Notes: a model not told the origin generated them from the sequence alone. 64,000 nt of DNA from Neocallimastix sp. 'constans' (GCA_050613775.1 JBODTK010000112.1:372001-436000); one strand, 5' to 3'; shown: positions 26,031 through 42,496, numbered from the stretch's first letter. Made by a program: numbers and translations.

Positions 26031-27709
26031 ATATATTTAATAAATAATGTCATAAAGGGTTAAATTTTTTTTTTTTATTCTTTTTATATTATTATATAAA
26101 AAAATGAAATAAATAAATAAAATAAGATATATTTTTAAATATCCTTAAAAATATTAAAAAAAATATATATCTTAAATATTCTTAATCATATAAAAAAAAT
26201 ATTTTTTAAAAAAATTAATAATCTTATTATTAAAATAAAAATTAAAAACTTTACAAAATCTTTTATTAAATATATAAAAAAGTATTTTTTAAAAATAAAA
26301 TATTTATATAAAAAGTTTTATAATAATAAAAATTTTTAATTTTATTTAAACTTTTATATTTATTAATTTTATAATATTCGCAAAATTAATGATTTAGATA
26401 TAGAAGTTATTATTAAAAATATAAAAATAATAATAATAAAATTATTATTCAGATGTATTTAATGATTTATTTTTATTTTTTTTTTTAATTAAATTTTTTT
26501 AAATTTTTAAAAAATACTAAAATTTTAAACGATTATGGATTTTTAATTAAGAATAATTTTAGCTATTAATAATGGTTACTTTAGTGACAGGTGAATTGGA
26601 ATCTCAAACATAGCACCAAATAAGTACTGAGGTTTTCTATCTTGAGGTATCATGCAACATCAGTGGTATCCAAAAGGCTTTCCCTTGCCTACTTATTCAT
26701 CCAACTCTGACACTACGATACGATCTAATCATAGACCTTGATGATGTCTCCAGTTAATTCTAAATTAGAAGGGACAAGTTCCAATATACCAATGATAACA
26801 CCCACTAGGGAATGAATGGTTCTCATATTGATGCTGGTGGTCAATGGAGATATATGTAGGAATAAATATGGAATTCAGCTCCGAGCAGACGTGTAACGAC
26901 TTGTTGTATTAGGTTAATTCAATATCCATTCTCAGTATTATATGATTTTCTAATCAAATATATTAATTTTAATTAATTTCTTTGTACATATAATATTAAC
27001 AGATTTAGAAAGTTAAGGAAAGGTATTACAACAATATATAATGTCCTATGCTATAATATAATTGCTCTATATATTTATATAAATTAATAATTGTTTTTAA
27101 TTAAAAATATTAAGAAAATAAGGATGAAATTAATTTTTATAGACAAACGGCATTTTTTATTAATATTATTATTTTAATGTTAAATCTATTAAAACATATT
27201 TAATATAATTAAAACAATATTAAAAATTTACTTTAATTCATTAAAATATTATTGAAAGTGTAATAAGGATAAAAATGATTTGATATTTCGTGTAACATAA
27301 TATTTTTTATTTTTTATAAATTTTCCATATCAGTATTTTTTATCATTTTTTATATTAATATTAGTAATTTAAATAATTAATAAACTATTATATAATATAA
27401 ATAGTTTAAAATTAATATTATAACAATTTAAATATTAGTACTTAATTTAAACTTTAATAATATTAAATAAAATAAAATTAATATTTTAAAATTTTCCCTA
27501 AAAATTAAAAATTTATTAAATATCATTATAAAAACATTGATTAAAGATTTTTGGTCAAATTTAGAAAAAAAAAAAGTCATATTATGTAATAAAATGAAAA
27601 TTTTATTACTTACATTTATTACTTATATATTTAAATAAATATATGTGTAAAACAACTGAAATATATATATGTATATATAGATTCATTATATAATAATAAC
27701 ATAATTTAG

Positions 27710-27749
<40 letters not shown>

Positions 27750-29143
27750 TGAAAATATTAAGATACAAAATATTAAATAAAAGTACTGTTATGATTAAAT
27801 AAAAGTATTGTTATGATTATATTTATGAATATTATCTTTGTTTTATTTTAATTTCTATAATTTTAATCATTTATTCATAAATTCTTTATTAAAATTTTTA
27901 TCTTAATTTTATTTTTATATTTCTCTTATTTTTAACATTTTTATTTTTACATTTCTCTTATATTTTTTACATTTTTATTTTTGAACTTCTAATCCTATTA
28001 ATTATTATTATTTTTACTATTTTCTGTATCTTTTTTAATATTTAACTATATAGTAATAATATTGTATAGAATTACATTTAATATATGAACAACAAAATAT
28101 AAATATACATAAAATACTAAGTAAATATTATAAACAAATTAATACATTATTTTTCTAAACATTGGAATATTAAATAAAACTTAAAAATTTATAGATAATA
28201 CATTTAATAATTTTAAAAATTCAATTTATAATAATTAAAATAAAATATTTAAATTATAAATAAATAACTATTTAATAATTTATTTTTCATATTATTATTT
28301 ATCTCAAAAATTTATATTTTTATTAATTATAAATAAATATATATCATATTTTATTAAATTATTTATATTACTAAAAAGAATAAATTATTTTATATTAATT
28401 ATTATTATTATTACAAAATTTCTTACTGTTTTTAAAATTATTATTTTTATTATTATTATTATTATTATTATTACAATTTTTCTTACTGTTTTTAAAATTA
28501 TTATTATTATTATTATTATTATTGTTGTTGTTGTTATTGTTTATCTTTTCATTTTCACTAATGATTATATATATATATATTTATAGTTCAATGTTGTTTT
28601 TGTATCCTTAAATTTAATATAAAATCTCCATATTTTTCAATTAAATATATATATAAAAGTATTTAAAATATGATGTAATTTTAAATAAATTAATAATCCT
28701 ATAGTAGCTTCTTATTCAATAAGAAATTTGTTTTCTTCGATTTAAATATTGGAATTGATTCCAATATAAAAAAAAAAAAAAAAAAAAAAGATTTGTTATT
28801 TATGGCATTAATATTTATTTCTTCATTAGAATCATTTTTGATATTATTCATATCAGTATATTTTATTTATAAATTATTAATGGTATAATAAAAAAAAACT
28901 ACTATATTTACTCGTTTTTAAAACTTATTCTTTTTTTTTCTTTAAGATAAAATAGGAGGACATTTGCCAAATTACCTCTTGAAAGTTTATTATTATTATT
29001 ATTTAATATATTTTTTATTAAATACAATACCTTAAAACTTTAAATGACAAAGTAACAAGGATAAATTATAAAAAATTTAAATTTTATATAATTTGCATTT
29101 TGTGTAACATATAATTTTTATTATTAATATGATTACTATTATG

Positions 29144-29145
<2 letters not shown>

Positions 29146-29226
<81 letters not shown>
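29146..29226. repeat. (ATT)n microsatellite
   Basis: Long uninterrupted ATT run, which creates the spurious poly-Ile ORF 29129-29410. Confidence 0.9.
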
Positions 29227-29227
<1 letters not shown>

Positions 29228-29868
29228 ATTTTTCTTACTATTTTTAAAATTATTATTATTATTATAATATATATATATATATATATTTTTTTTTTAGTAT
29301 TTAATATATCAATTTTAATATTTTTTACATATTCAAATATTATAGTTAAAATTAAAAAAGGCTTTAATTATATAATATTAATTACAGTTTCATTATTATA
29401 TATTTATTAAAACATTCATAATTGTAAAAATGATTAAGTATCTTTGTATAATAAATTGCTTTTAATATATTATTTTATTTATTACTTTAATTTTTTATAA
29501 ATTTTCCTTTTTAATTAAAAATATATTATTTTATATTAAAATATTTTGTGGTCAAATTTAAATAAAAAAAAATTTATATAAAATGAAAAGATTTTCATTT
29601 TTTTTTTTTTTTTTGTTCATCAAAAATATATTTAAATAAATATATTTTAAGAATAAAATAACTAAAATATATATATATATATATAATTTCATTAGATAAT
29701 AATAAAAATATATTGAATTTACTTAATATTGATTATTAAATAAATAAATAAAAAATCTTAAATAAAATAAAATAAAATTATATTAAATAAAATAAATTAA
29801 ATTAAAGTAAAAATATAAATAAATCTAAATATAAAAACATAAATTTTTAATTATAATATTTAGTAAAA

Positions 29869-32205
29869 ATGAAATTCACAAGTGTTTTATCTACAGTTGC
29901 TTTCCTTTTTGCTACTAAGTCTTTAGCTATGACTTGGGAAGAAGCTGATGCTAAGGCTAGAGAATGGTGTGCCGATTTAACTAATGAAGAAAAAATCAGT
30001 TTAGTTACAGGTAGAGAAAATATGACAGGAGTTTGTGTGGGTTCTATTGATCCAATTGAAAGAAAAGGATTTAAAGGTCTTTGCCTTCAAGATGGACCAG
30101 CTGGTGTTAGATTTGCTAAAGGTACAGCTACTTCATGGCAAGCAGCAATTAATACTGCTTCTACATTCGATAGAGCTTTACTTCGTAAGGTAGGAGAAGC
30201 TCAAGGTAATGAATTCTATCAAAGAGGTATCAATTTTGCACTTGCACCAGGAATGAATATTCAACGTGCACCAGCTTCAGGTAGAATCTGGGAAAGTTAT
30301 GGTGAAGATCCATTCCTTGCTGGACAATGTGGTATAGAAGTTATTAAAGGTATTCAATCTCAAGGTGTTATTGCTACTGCTAAACACTTTGTTGGTAATG
30401 ATCAAGAAAACAATCGTGGTGCTTCCTCTTCTAATATTCCAGAACAAGCTCTCTGGGAAGTTTACATGGAGCCTTTCTATCGTGCAGTTAATGATGGTTC
30501 TGTTAATTCGATTATGGCAGCTTATAATGCTGTTAATGGAACTTATTCTGTCCAAAACAAAAGATTATTAACTGATTATTTGAAAGGAAAGATGGATTTC
30601 CAAGGAATGGTTATGTCAGATTGGTGGGCTATTTATGATGTTGAAAAGAGTTTCGGAGCTGGTATGGATATGAATATGCCAGGAGGTAAACAATGGGGTC
30701 CAAACTTTATTGGAAATAGTTATTGGGGTGAACATATTCAAGAATGTATTGATAATGGTGTTTTCCCACAAGAAAGATTAGATGATGCAGCTTTACGTAT
30801 TATTCGTTCATTATATAAAGCTGGACAAATGGAAAACTTCCCAGATGTTAACTTATATGTTGATACTCTTACTGATGAAAACATTGCTCTTAATAGAAAG
30901 GTTGGTGCTGATAGTAATGTCTTATTAAAGAATGATGAATCAGTTCTTCCAATTAAGGGAGTCAAGAAGATTGCAGTTATCGGTAAAGATTCTATGCCAA
31001 CTAAATTCTGTGATGATATGAATTGTGCTGATGGTACTCTTGCTCTTGGTTGGGGATCCGGTACTACCGATTTCAAATACGTAATTGATCCACTTTCAGC
31101 TATTACTGAAAGAGCTAAGAAGGATAACATTGAAATTGTTAGTTCTGGTGAAGATGATGCTGAAGCTGGAGCAGAAGTTGCTAAAGATGCAGATTTAGCT
31201 ATTGTTTTCGTTCAAGCTGATTCTGGTGAAGAATATATTACTGTTGAAGGAAATAAAGGGGATCGTCGTAACTTAGATTTATGGCATGGAGGTAATGAAT
31301 TAATTGATGCTGTTGCTTCAGTTAATAAAAATACCATTGTTGTTATTCATGCTCCAGGACCAGTTAATGTTCCATTCTTGGATAAGGTTAAAGGTATTAT
31401 TTTCGCTGGTATGCCAGGTCAAGAAACAGGTCATGCTATTACTGATGTTTTATTCGGAGATGTTAATCCATCAGGTCATTTACCATACACTTGGGCACCT
31501 CGTGAAGATTATCCAACTGATGTTAAATATGATGCAGGTCTTCCAGGTGGTGGTGAAAAAATGACACAATATGATTACGATGAAGGTCTTTTCATTGGTT
31601 ATCGCTGGTTCGATAAACAAGGAATTGAACCAACCTTTGCTTTCGGTTATGGTTTATCTTATACTACTTTTGAATATTCTAATTTAGAAGCAGAAATGGA
31701 AGAAGATGGTCTTCATGTTACTTTAACTGTTACTAATACTGGTGATGTTGCAGGTGCAGCTGTTCCAATGATTTTCCTTTCATTCCCAGATGTTGTTAAA
31801 GATTATCCATCTCGTTTATTCAAGGGATTCGATAAAGTTATGTTAGAAGCTGGTGAAAGTAAAGAAGTTAATATCTTAGTTGATAATCATGATCTTTCAT
31901 ACTTTGATGTTGATGCCATGGAATTCGTTCAACCAGAAGAAGGTGAATATACAGTTTTCGCAGGTTCCAATGCTAGAGACTTACCACTTAAAACTACTGT
32001 TCCAGCTGCTAATTATTGTGATTCTGATGAAGAAGAAGTTGCTGGTGATGCTGATGTTGATACTGATGAAGATGCCGAAGATAGTGCTGATGAAAATGAT
32101 AATGAAGTTGATGCCGAAGTTGAAGAAGCTGAAGATAGCGCTGATGAAACTGATTCAGTTGAAGAAGAAGAAGTTCTTAGAAAAAGAGCTTACAAACTTT
32201 ACTAA
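29869..32205 (+). CDS. Secreted GH3 beta-glucosidase, copy 3 (protein identical to copies 1 and 2)
   Basis: Same 778-aa translation; offset 7192 bp from copy 2. Confidence 0.96.
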   Translation: MKFTSVLSTVAFLFATKSLAMTWEEADAKAREWCADLTNEEKISLVTGRENMTGVCVGSIDPIERKGFKGLCLQDGPAGVRFAKGTATSWQAAINTASTFDRALLRKVGEAQGNEFYQRGINFALAPGMNIQRAPASGRIWESYGEDPFLAGQCGIEVIKGIQSQGVIATAKHFVGNDQENNRGASSSNIPEQALWEVYMEPFYRAVNDGSVNSIMAAYNAVNGTYSVQNKRLLTDYLKGKMDFQGMVMSDWWAIYDVEKSFGAGMDMNMPGGKQWGPNFIGNSYWGEHIQECIDNGVFPQERLDDAALRIIRSLYKAGQMENFPDVNLYVDTLTDENIALNRKVGADSNVLLKNDESVLPIKGVKKIAVIGKDSMPTKFCDDMNCADGTLALGWGSGTTDFKYVIDPLSAITERAKKDNIEIVSSGEDDAEAGAEVAKDADLAIVFVQADSGEEYITVEGNKGDRRNLDLWHGGNELIDAVASVNKNTIVVIHAPGPVNVPFLDKVKGIIFAGMPGQETGHAITDVLFGDVNPSGHLPYTWAPREDYPTDVKYDAGLPGGGEKMTQYDYDEGLFIGYRWFDKQGIEPTFAFGYGLSYTTFEYSNLEAEMEEDGLHVTLTVTNTGDVAGAAVPMIFLSFPDVVKDYPSRLFKGFDKVMLEAGESKEVNILVDNHDLSYFDVDAMEFVQPEEGEYTVFAGSNARDLPLKTTVPAANYCDSDEEEVAGDADVDTDEDAEDSADENDNEVDAEVEEAEDSADETDSVEEEEVLRKRAYKLY

Positions 32206-33084
32206 GAAATTTTTAATATTTAAATAATTCAATATTAAAACTTATTTATAATATAAATATATATATAAATAATAAATAATATAATAAAACAAAAAAAAGA
32301 TCATAATAAAAATTTTATATATTTACATGTAAAATATAAATATAGAAATAAGCCAGAAAATCAATATATAAAAAAAACAATATAAACAAAAAAAATGTAG
32401 AATAATATTTATTTATAAATAATAATAATAATATAATATAAGAAATAAAAAAAAAAAAAATAAATAAAATTAAAAATAATGAAATTTAAAAATTAAAAAA
32501 TAAATGATACTATAAATAATTTTTAATTTTTTTTAAAATATATATAGTTATATTAATTTAAATAATTTATTTATTTATTTATTTATTTATTTTTTTATTT
32601 ATTAATTTTTATATAATCTTATTATTATTATTAGTATTTTATGTATATCATTATAAATTTAAAACTTAGAGAACATTAAATTATAATATTGTTTTATTTC
32701 TATTAGCATAATTTTAATTTATTTGATATAATTATTATATTATGTTCTATCTTATTTATTTTTTTTTTAACGATGTATAAAAAATAGTAATAAATAATAA
32801 CTGATTACAAAGATGATTCCACGAGTCCCATATATATATATATATATATATATCGAAATATCGCTTTCTCTAAATTTTGAAAATGTTATTAATGAATTTT
32901 TTCTTTCTCTTACTCTCTGAATGATCAAAAAAAATTCAGAAACTAAACCCTATTTTTTAGGAAAAAGACACAATGATTATAAAATATATATGTACGAATG
33001 CTAAGACTAAAATAAAAAATGAAAACAAGAAAAATATAATTATTATAATCTTCAAAATCTTCCTTGAGTGTATCAGAACTCTGT

Positions 33085-33928
33085 CTTTTTTTGAAGTCAT
33101 ACTAAAAATATTTTTGGAGTAATTATAGTATTATTGCTTAACTTTTTAGCATTTTAATTTTTTTTTATTTCTTCAAATAGAATTTTCTAAGGAGTTTGTT
33201 CTTTATTTTTTAATAATGAATAAAAGAAAGTAGTATAAAAATTATTTAAATCTTTAATTAAAGATCTAGTAATAAATGCTTGATAACTAAATTTAAGTGT
33301 AATATAAAAAGTACAATCTACAAATATAAGTTTATTATGTTTCATAAACAATTTTGTTCGAAATGGGGATTGAATGATTATTGAATGATTATTAAATTTG
33401 GATTTTTGAATATCTCAAAATTTTCATTTCTTACTATTTTATAATAGTTTGATTCATCAGGAATTTCATTAAAATCTGTTACATCAAGAGATAGTTGTTT
33501 ATTTATATTTCTTGTTTTTTAGGAATTAATTATTTAATATTCAGGACATATAAATTTCATTTCTTGTGAAAATTCATTAAATATACGTTTAGGATCTATA
33601 CCCAAAAGAATTGAACTTTTTCTAATTTCGTCTTTAATGATATGTTCTTTAATCGATATTGATGCATCAAATTCTTTTTCAAGATGATTATGCAATCTTT
33701 CATATTTTAATATTTCCTTCTTATTATTTAAAATAATGAAAGATTTACATTTATTTAAAGTTTTATATTCCGTATATCTATATACTTTAGAATTATCTTT
33801 TTTTTTAGATGAGAAATTAATTTAATATTTTTTTTATTAATAATAATTAATTAATTAATAATAAGTTCTTTTCCTCGATTAGTTTCACTTATTCAATATT
33901 CATATTCTCTTGGATTTATAATAAAACA
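33085..33928 (-). pseudogene. Decayed Mutator-like (MULE) transposase, N-terminal part
   Basis: Minus-strand fragments ISETNRGKELIIN, NFSSKKKDNSKVYRYTEYKTLNKCKSFIILNNK and HNHLEKEFDASISI (FLYWCH/WRKY-like zinc-finger region), followed by DDE-domain remnants with stops and frameshifts. Truncated near 33085. Family recognised from memory of gut-fungal MULE proteins. Confidence 0.7.
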
Positions 33929-34877
33929 TTTTAATTAAATATTTAAATAAATAAATTTAATAATATATACTATGATAAAAATCTTTTAAATAAACATTTT
34001 ATATTTTTTTTAAAAAAATATATATATATATTTTATTATTTGTTATAAAGCTATTTATTTATTTATTTATTCATTTATATATTCATTTATTTATTTGTAT
34101 AAATATAAAAAAATTAAAGAAACTTAATTACAACAATATAAAAACCTCACTGCAAAATGCAAAAATGTTCTTTTTGGAGTGTTTATATATTTCAAATAAG
34201 CAATTAAAGAAAAAAAAATTAAATAAATAATTTATCTATAAATTAAAAGATTTATTCTGTTGCTTAAATTCCACATTTTTTTTTTAAGATTAGGAAGAGA
34301 ATAAATTTCCAGTGTTTTATTAATTAGATAATTATATTTTTATATATTACATTTTAATAAAAAAATAAATAAATACATTACATAAATTAAAGAAAAAGAT
34401 AATAAATATATAAAAGATTATATAAAATAAAAAATGAAAAAAGAATATAAAAAAAATAAAATTTAATTAATCATCGAAAATTTAATGTAATAAAGAGTAA
34501 AAATAAGTTCTGAATTAAAAAAATTTCAATGTAATATACGCAATGTTTAGTAACACGATAATTTTAAATCTAAAAAGCCTATATTCGACATTCTAAGGCA
34601 GAAAAATATACACCGTTATTTTTTACCTCATCTCAACATTGAGTGCATTCCTGTCACAGTTTTAATCAATATGAACATCTTTGAATGTACTTTGATTTAT
34701 TTTATACAATAGATTATTATGATAAAATATTAAATCTTTATAATTAAATAATTAAATTGTTACATCAAGATTTATAAATTTACCAAATAATGAGATGTAC
34801 TAATTAATAAATTGTTCTGCTAATTAATATTTTTTTTTTTCTTTTTTTAAATTTTAATATTAAATCTAATAATTGTC

Positions 34878-34913
<36 letters not shown>

Positions 34914-35014
34914 AAATAACTTTTTAATATCTGATAATAGTGGAATTAATTAATAAATCATTACTAACTCAAACAAAAATATATATATATATATATTATG
35001 TTTAAAGGAATCAA

Positions 35015-37057
35015 TTTTTTTTTTTTTTTTTTTTTTTTAACGGCAGCAAACTTGTTTCATCTTTATTAATTAAATATTTGATAAAATACATGTAATAAAA
35101 TAATAAAAAAAAAAAGATAAAAAAATAAACAAAAAATAAAACACAAAAGAAAATAAAATAATTGTATAATATATTCTAGTTTCATTTAATTAATATTTGT
35201 AAGACTTCACAAGGGCATTATTATATTGAAGTATAATAATTAATTTTGACTTCGCAATGTTAATCCTAATTTTAAGATACAAAATTATGATCTTCATTGG
35301 TTGCGCTAGCCCTGCTGGCCTGTCTTGCTGTTTCTTCAGCATTGACGCTCTTGGTAGTAGTAGTACGATTCGATTTGAACCTATTGAACAAAGACAATTG
35401 CTGGCCAATAGCAATAGGTATAATCGATTGGAGAAGTGCCGCTGTAACCACTAAGAACGGAGTATCAGAATAAGCACCTGATTTCATCTAGCACTTAAAT
35501 AGATCCTCCCATTCCCTTGTACTGTTATTAATACTTCGACATCCAAGAAGGAAATTAAACACTTTTTCACACACACTAGAATCAATATACACATTATTTT
35601 CAATACTATTACTAACATTACTAAAAATACTATTACTAATATTACTATAACTATTATTACTATTACTATTATTATTATTACTATTATTACTATTACTATT
35701 ATCATTATTACTATTAACTATATCATTTGTTAGGTTGCCAAGGTAAAAAGCATTATATAAAAATAAAATTTTATCATTAACTTTACTACGAATTGATTGA
35801 AAAATGGACAATCAATGACTTATCCATTGTTTATTACTTTTACAACAGGGACAAAAATTAGGACACATTTGATCTACTATTTTTGCAGCTTTAGCAATTC
35901 TAGCATCTAATCTATATCCGCTTCGTGCTCTCAATAGCCAATAGAAACCATATGAAAGATCAGGATATTCATAACAAAGTTTAATAAATTTTGATGTTTC
36001 TTCGAATTTGTTTTTGTCATAAAACTCAGCTTTTATAGAATTGATTTTCAAATCTCTTTTCCAATAAAAATCCTTGATTTTATTATCGTTATTACCTCTT
36101 TTCTCTAGTTTACGTTTAAGAGTTCTACTTTCTTTTGTCCATGTATATTTTCTAGATTTTGGAATATTATTAACTAAATAGGAAATAATACAATTTGAAT
36201 CTTTCCATTTATCAAAACATTTGACTTGAGACAATGCACACTTAGCTGACAATGGAGGAATATGTAAATCTTTTGAAATAGAATATACATTAATAAATGA
36301 TTTGGCTTTTTGTATACCTGCAATCCATCTTAATCCTTTATTAATTAATTTCTGAGTATTATTTGTTCTAGCTTTATTTGGACCAAGTAAAGGCGCAAAG
36401 TAAGAGACTTTACTAAGTACATAAGAGTTAATTATAATCTTCTTAAATGGAATAGGAATTTTGGAATTTGAAAGAAATTTACTAACAGAAAAGAGAGCCT
36501 TAGTAACTTTAGAGTTAAGTAATTTAATAATAGGGTTCAACGATAAGCTTTTATCAAATGGTACACCTAAATAGGTATAACATTTAGTTATTGGGATTGG
36601 TTGACCAGCAAGATAAAAAGTAGGATCTCTTTTATTTTGAAAAAGAGGTGTGTCTGGTCGAATCACCATCGTTGCACACTTATTAATTCCAAAATTCATC
36701 ATATTAAATTTAGCCCATTCATTTACCTTCTTAAGCATTTTTTTTTAACTTAGTTCTTGATGGTGCGCATAGAACAATATCATCTGCAAAGAGTCCACCA
36801 CAACATCTAGATTTGCCTAAAGGAATTCCAAGTTCTGAAACATCATTAAAAATGTCATTAATAAAAAGATTGAAAAGAATTGGTGATAGAGGACAACCTT
36901 GTCAAACTCCTTTCATAATATTAAAAGATTCTGAATATTGATCATCAATTTTAACACTGGCTTTGGAAGTCAAATATAGATTTTTTATAAATTGAAAACA
37001 TTTACCTCTAATACCTAAAGCATCTAATTTATATAAAATATTACCTATTGGAACAGA
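35015..37057 (-). mobile_element. 5'-truncated non-LTR retrotransposon (LINE) with poly(A) tail and 12-bp TSD
   Basis: TSD TAAAGGAATCAA at 35003-35014 and 37058-37069; T24 at 35015-35038; RT motifs GV*QGCPLSP and GLFADD (FADD at 36779-36790); C-terminal CPCC motif. Confidence 0.92.
35272..37057 (-). pseudogene. LINE reverse transcriptase C-terminal part, inactivated
   Basis: TGA replaces the Arg of GVRQG at 36902-36904; frameshift in the A9 run at 36738-36746; further stops near 35812 and 35488. Confidence 0.85.
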
Positions 37058-37640
37058 TAAAGGAATCAAGCTATTTCGAGTTTATCTAATATATTGATAA
37101 CTTATATCTTATATTTTACAATTTATAAACTTATTTAATAATACTTCAATGATTTTTTTATTTTATAATACACAATTTAAATAATAAAAATAAACAAAAC
37201 ATTCGAGAAAAAAACAAAAGAAAAAAAAAATAATAGCACTCTTTTTTTTTTTTTTTTTTTTTTGATATTTATTATTTGCAAATAATAAAAAAAAGGAGTT
37301 AAAAGTTAATTTTTATACAAAAATATAAATTCGTTTTTTTGTTATTTTTTTTCTGGTATTAATTCATTTAATTTATTACCTTTAAGATATTCTTTAAAAA
37401 GTTATAAATTATTAATCCTTTTTAATACATAATTAATTATGTTATCTTTTAAATTAATTTATGAACTATTTATAATAATTTATGTAATAAATAAAAATTA
37501 TTAAAAAAAAAATATTTATTTTTTTTTAAATCTAAATTATATATATCATATTTTTTATAAATAGTATTACATATGATTTTTAAAATACGATTTATATTGA
37601 ATTTAACATTTATAAATATTTAATTTCACTTTAAGTAAAT

Positions 37641-39905
<2,265 letters not shown>

Positions 39906-41247
39906 TATTTATTCCTTTTTTTAAAAAATATATATATATCTTTTACAAGTACCTAAAAATAGAGAATAAATAAATAAATAAATAAAAAAAAAAAAAAAAA
40001 AAAGGTAGTTAAAAAATTTATGTGAATTAATGCTCTTTATATTTTAGGATAAATTATTATTATAATAGTATAAAAATTTAATCTTCCATTAATAATACTA
40101 ATCCATTTTATTATTACAATATGTAAATTTTATTATTTATTATTACAAATTTGTAAATTTTTAAACTAAATAATATTAATTTGCTTTATTAATGTATATA
40201 TAAACTATTATTTAAACTTTTTTATTATTTTTTTTTATATACATTAAAATAATAAAATTAATTAAAAATTTATTCATTTTATGATTCCTATCTACTAATT
40301 CTCTATTAATATCAAAATATTAATATTATTATATATCATTATATTAACATAATAAATTATTTCGAATATCTATGCCTCTTTTTTATAATAAAATACTTAT
40401 TATATTTATAATATATTAAATCATATATTATTTAATATAATATTCATTATTGGATATAATATAATGTATATTAATATTATTTTTAAACTTTTTTTTACAT
40501 TTATTAGCATATTATTTTTCTAAATAAGGGAAAAAATTTTTTTTAAATGTACTAAAATTTATATTATAATATATATATTAATATATTGTTACATTATTAT
40601 ATATTGATAAAACATTCAACAATTAAAATAAAAAGCAATTACAAATAATTAAATGTATAATACAATTTTATTTATTTCATAGTATATATGCCCAATAGAT
40701 AATTTCATCTGTCGATTAAAATAAATATAATTAGCAATATATTATAAATATTTTGATTTTATTATTCAATATTGTTAAAAAATCTATGAAGATGTCAAAC
40801 TATCAATTAAATATTCTTTATATTCAAAATATATAATAAATAAATATATCAATATTTTATATATTTAATAAATATATTATATTAAATGTTAAAATTAAAT
40901 TAATGGCCATATCAATTATTTTTTTTATTAAAATAAATAAAAATTAACATTCATATAAAATTTTAATTTTTATAATAAATATATAGGGTCTTTTAATAAT
41001 AGAATAAATAAAATTAATGGTTATATATGATGATTAATAAAAAATTTTGAAATAATCAATAATATATTATATCATATATATAATATAGTAAATAATATAT
41101 TAATATTGTTTTATGATTTATGTTTAATAATTCTCAATTTCTGAAGCAACTAAAATTTCATTAAAGAATTCTTATTGAATAAAAAATGATTTTCATTATA
41201 TTTTAAATCATATATTTATATAAAATTTGTAAGATTATTCTTGTTCT

Positions 41248-41299
<52 letters not shown>

Positions 41300-42451
41300 G
41301 ATTTTCAATTTTTATGACAGTATTTATATGAAACCATCTATTTTAAAACTTTTTAATAAATAAAACGTGGATAAATTTAAAGTTTAGATTATTCAAAAAG
41401 TGAAAAATAATGTGTAAATAAAAAGCTCTACTAATTCTTTTATTTGTATAATTTTTGTATATTTACAAAAATAATGTAAATATTTTATGTAAATATTTAC
41501 TATTAAATAAAACATCTTGTATTTTGTAAAATTTATAAATACTTGTCACATTATTGAAACTAAATTATTGAGTTTAAACAAAAAAAAAGTATTATTAAAA
41601 AATTATAAAAAATAAACTAATTTCTTGTCCATATATTATTTTTTTTAATAAAAATTTTATGAATATACATAAATATAGTATAATAATTTTTTAAATGTTT
41701 TATTATTATAGAATGTAGAAACCATTTAAAAAAATAATATGTTTTTAATAATCACTTTTAATATACAATATTTTAAATAATTAAAAATAGTATTAACATT
41801 TCTATTCAATGCAATCTTTATTATGAAATATAAAAAAATATTAATAATAAAAATCAACAATCAATAAGGGAAATTTATTAATATTATTAATAATATTAAT
41901 AATTCTAGCTATTTTATTATTATTAGTTATATTTATAATTAATGCTATTGTATATCACTGTAGTAAATTATAGGGTATAAAAATTAAATAGAATGACAAT
42001 TAAATCTATAATTATATTATCTATTATATAATCTTAAATATATAATCCTTAAAATAATATTATTCTATAATTATTAATATAAAAGTTTATATTTAATAGA
42101 ATAATTATAAATCTGAATTATATATTGGAAAGAGGCCAAGAAAGTAGTAAAAAAATTTCTAAATTAATAACAATATTATTAATAGTTATTCTATTATTTA
42201 ATAAAAGAATAATTTGTTTTTATTATTTTTCATCTTTATTATACCTTAAAATATAGACTTATATAATTATAAAATAAACTTTAATAAAAAAAAAAAATAT
42301 TAATCATATCTTTTTTTTTTGATCAAAAACATTTATTATATTAATAATTAGTGGTAAATATTTTTTCCTTATTATCTAATTTATAATTTATTATTGAATA
42401 TTTAATTAATGTTTTATATTAAACTTTATTTTTCAAAATATTAAAGTTTAA

Positions 42452-42496
<45 letters not shown>

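Larger units (their letters stand above)
19900..33065 (+). repeat. Tandem segmental duplication: ~19900-25970 versus ~26660-33065
   Basis: Near-identical core ~22090-25515 versus ~29300-32700. The outer flanks are diverged but alignable, including a GC-richer island and the motif GATGATTCCACGAGTCCCAT. Confidence 0.85.

Noticed and set aside
28746..28767. Small palindrome ATATTGGAAT-TG-ATTCCAATAT (others at ~20761 and ~47033)
   Set aside because: Short AT-rich palindromes are expected by chance, and they are not conserved across all GH3 upstream copies.
29129..29410. Poly-isoleucine ORF
   Set aside because: Produced by the (ATT)n microsatellite.
13761..32227. Small ORFs recurring three times inside the GH3 genes (68-130 aa)
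   Set aside because: They recur only because the GH3 CDS is triplicated; they are off-frame or antisense by-products.
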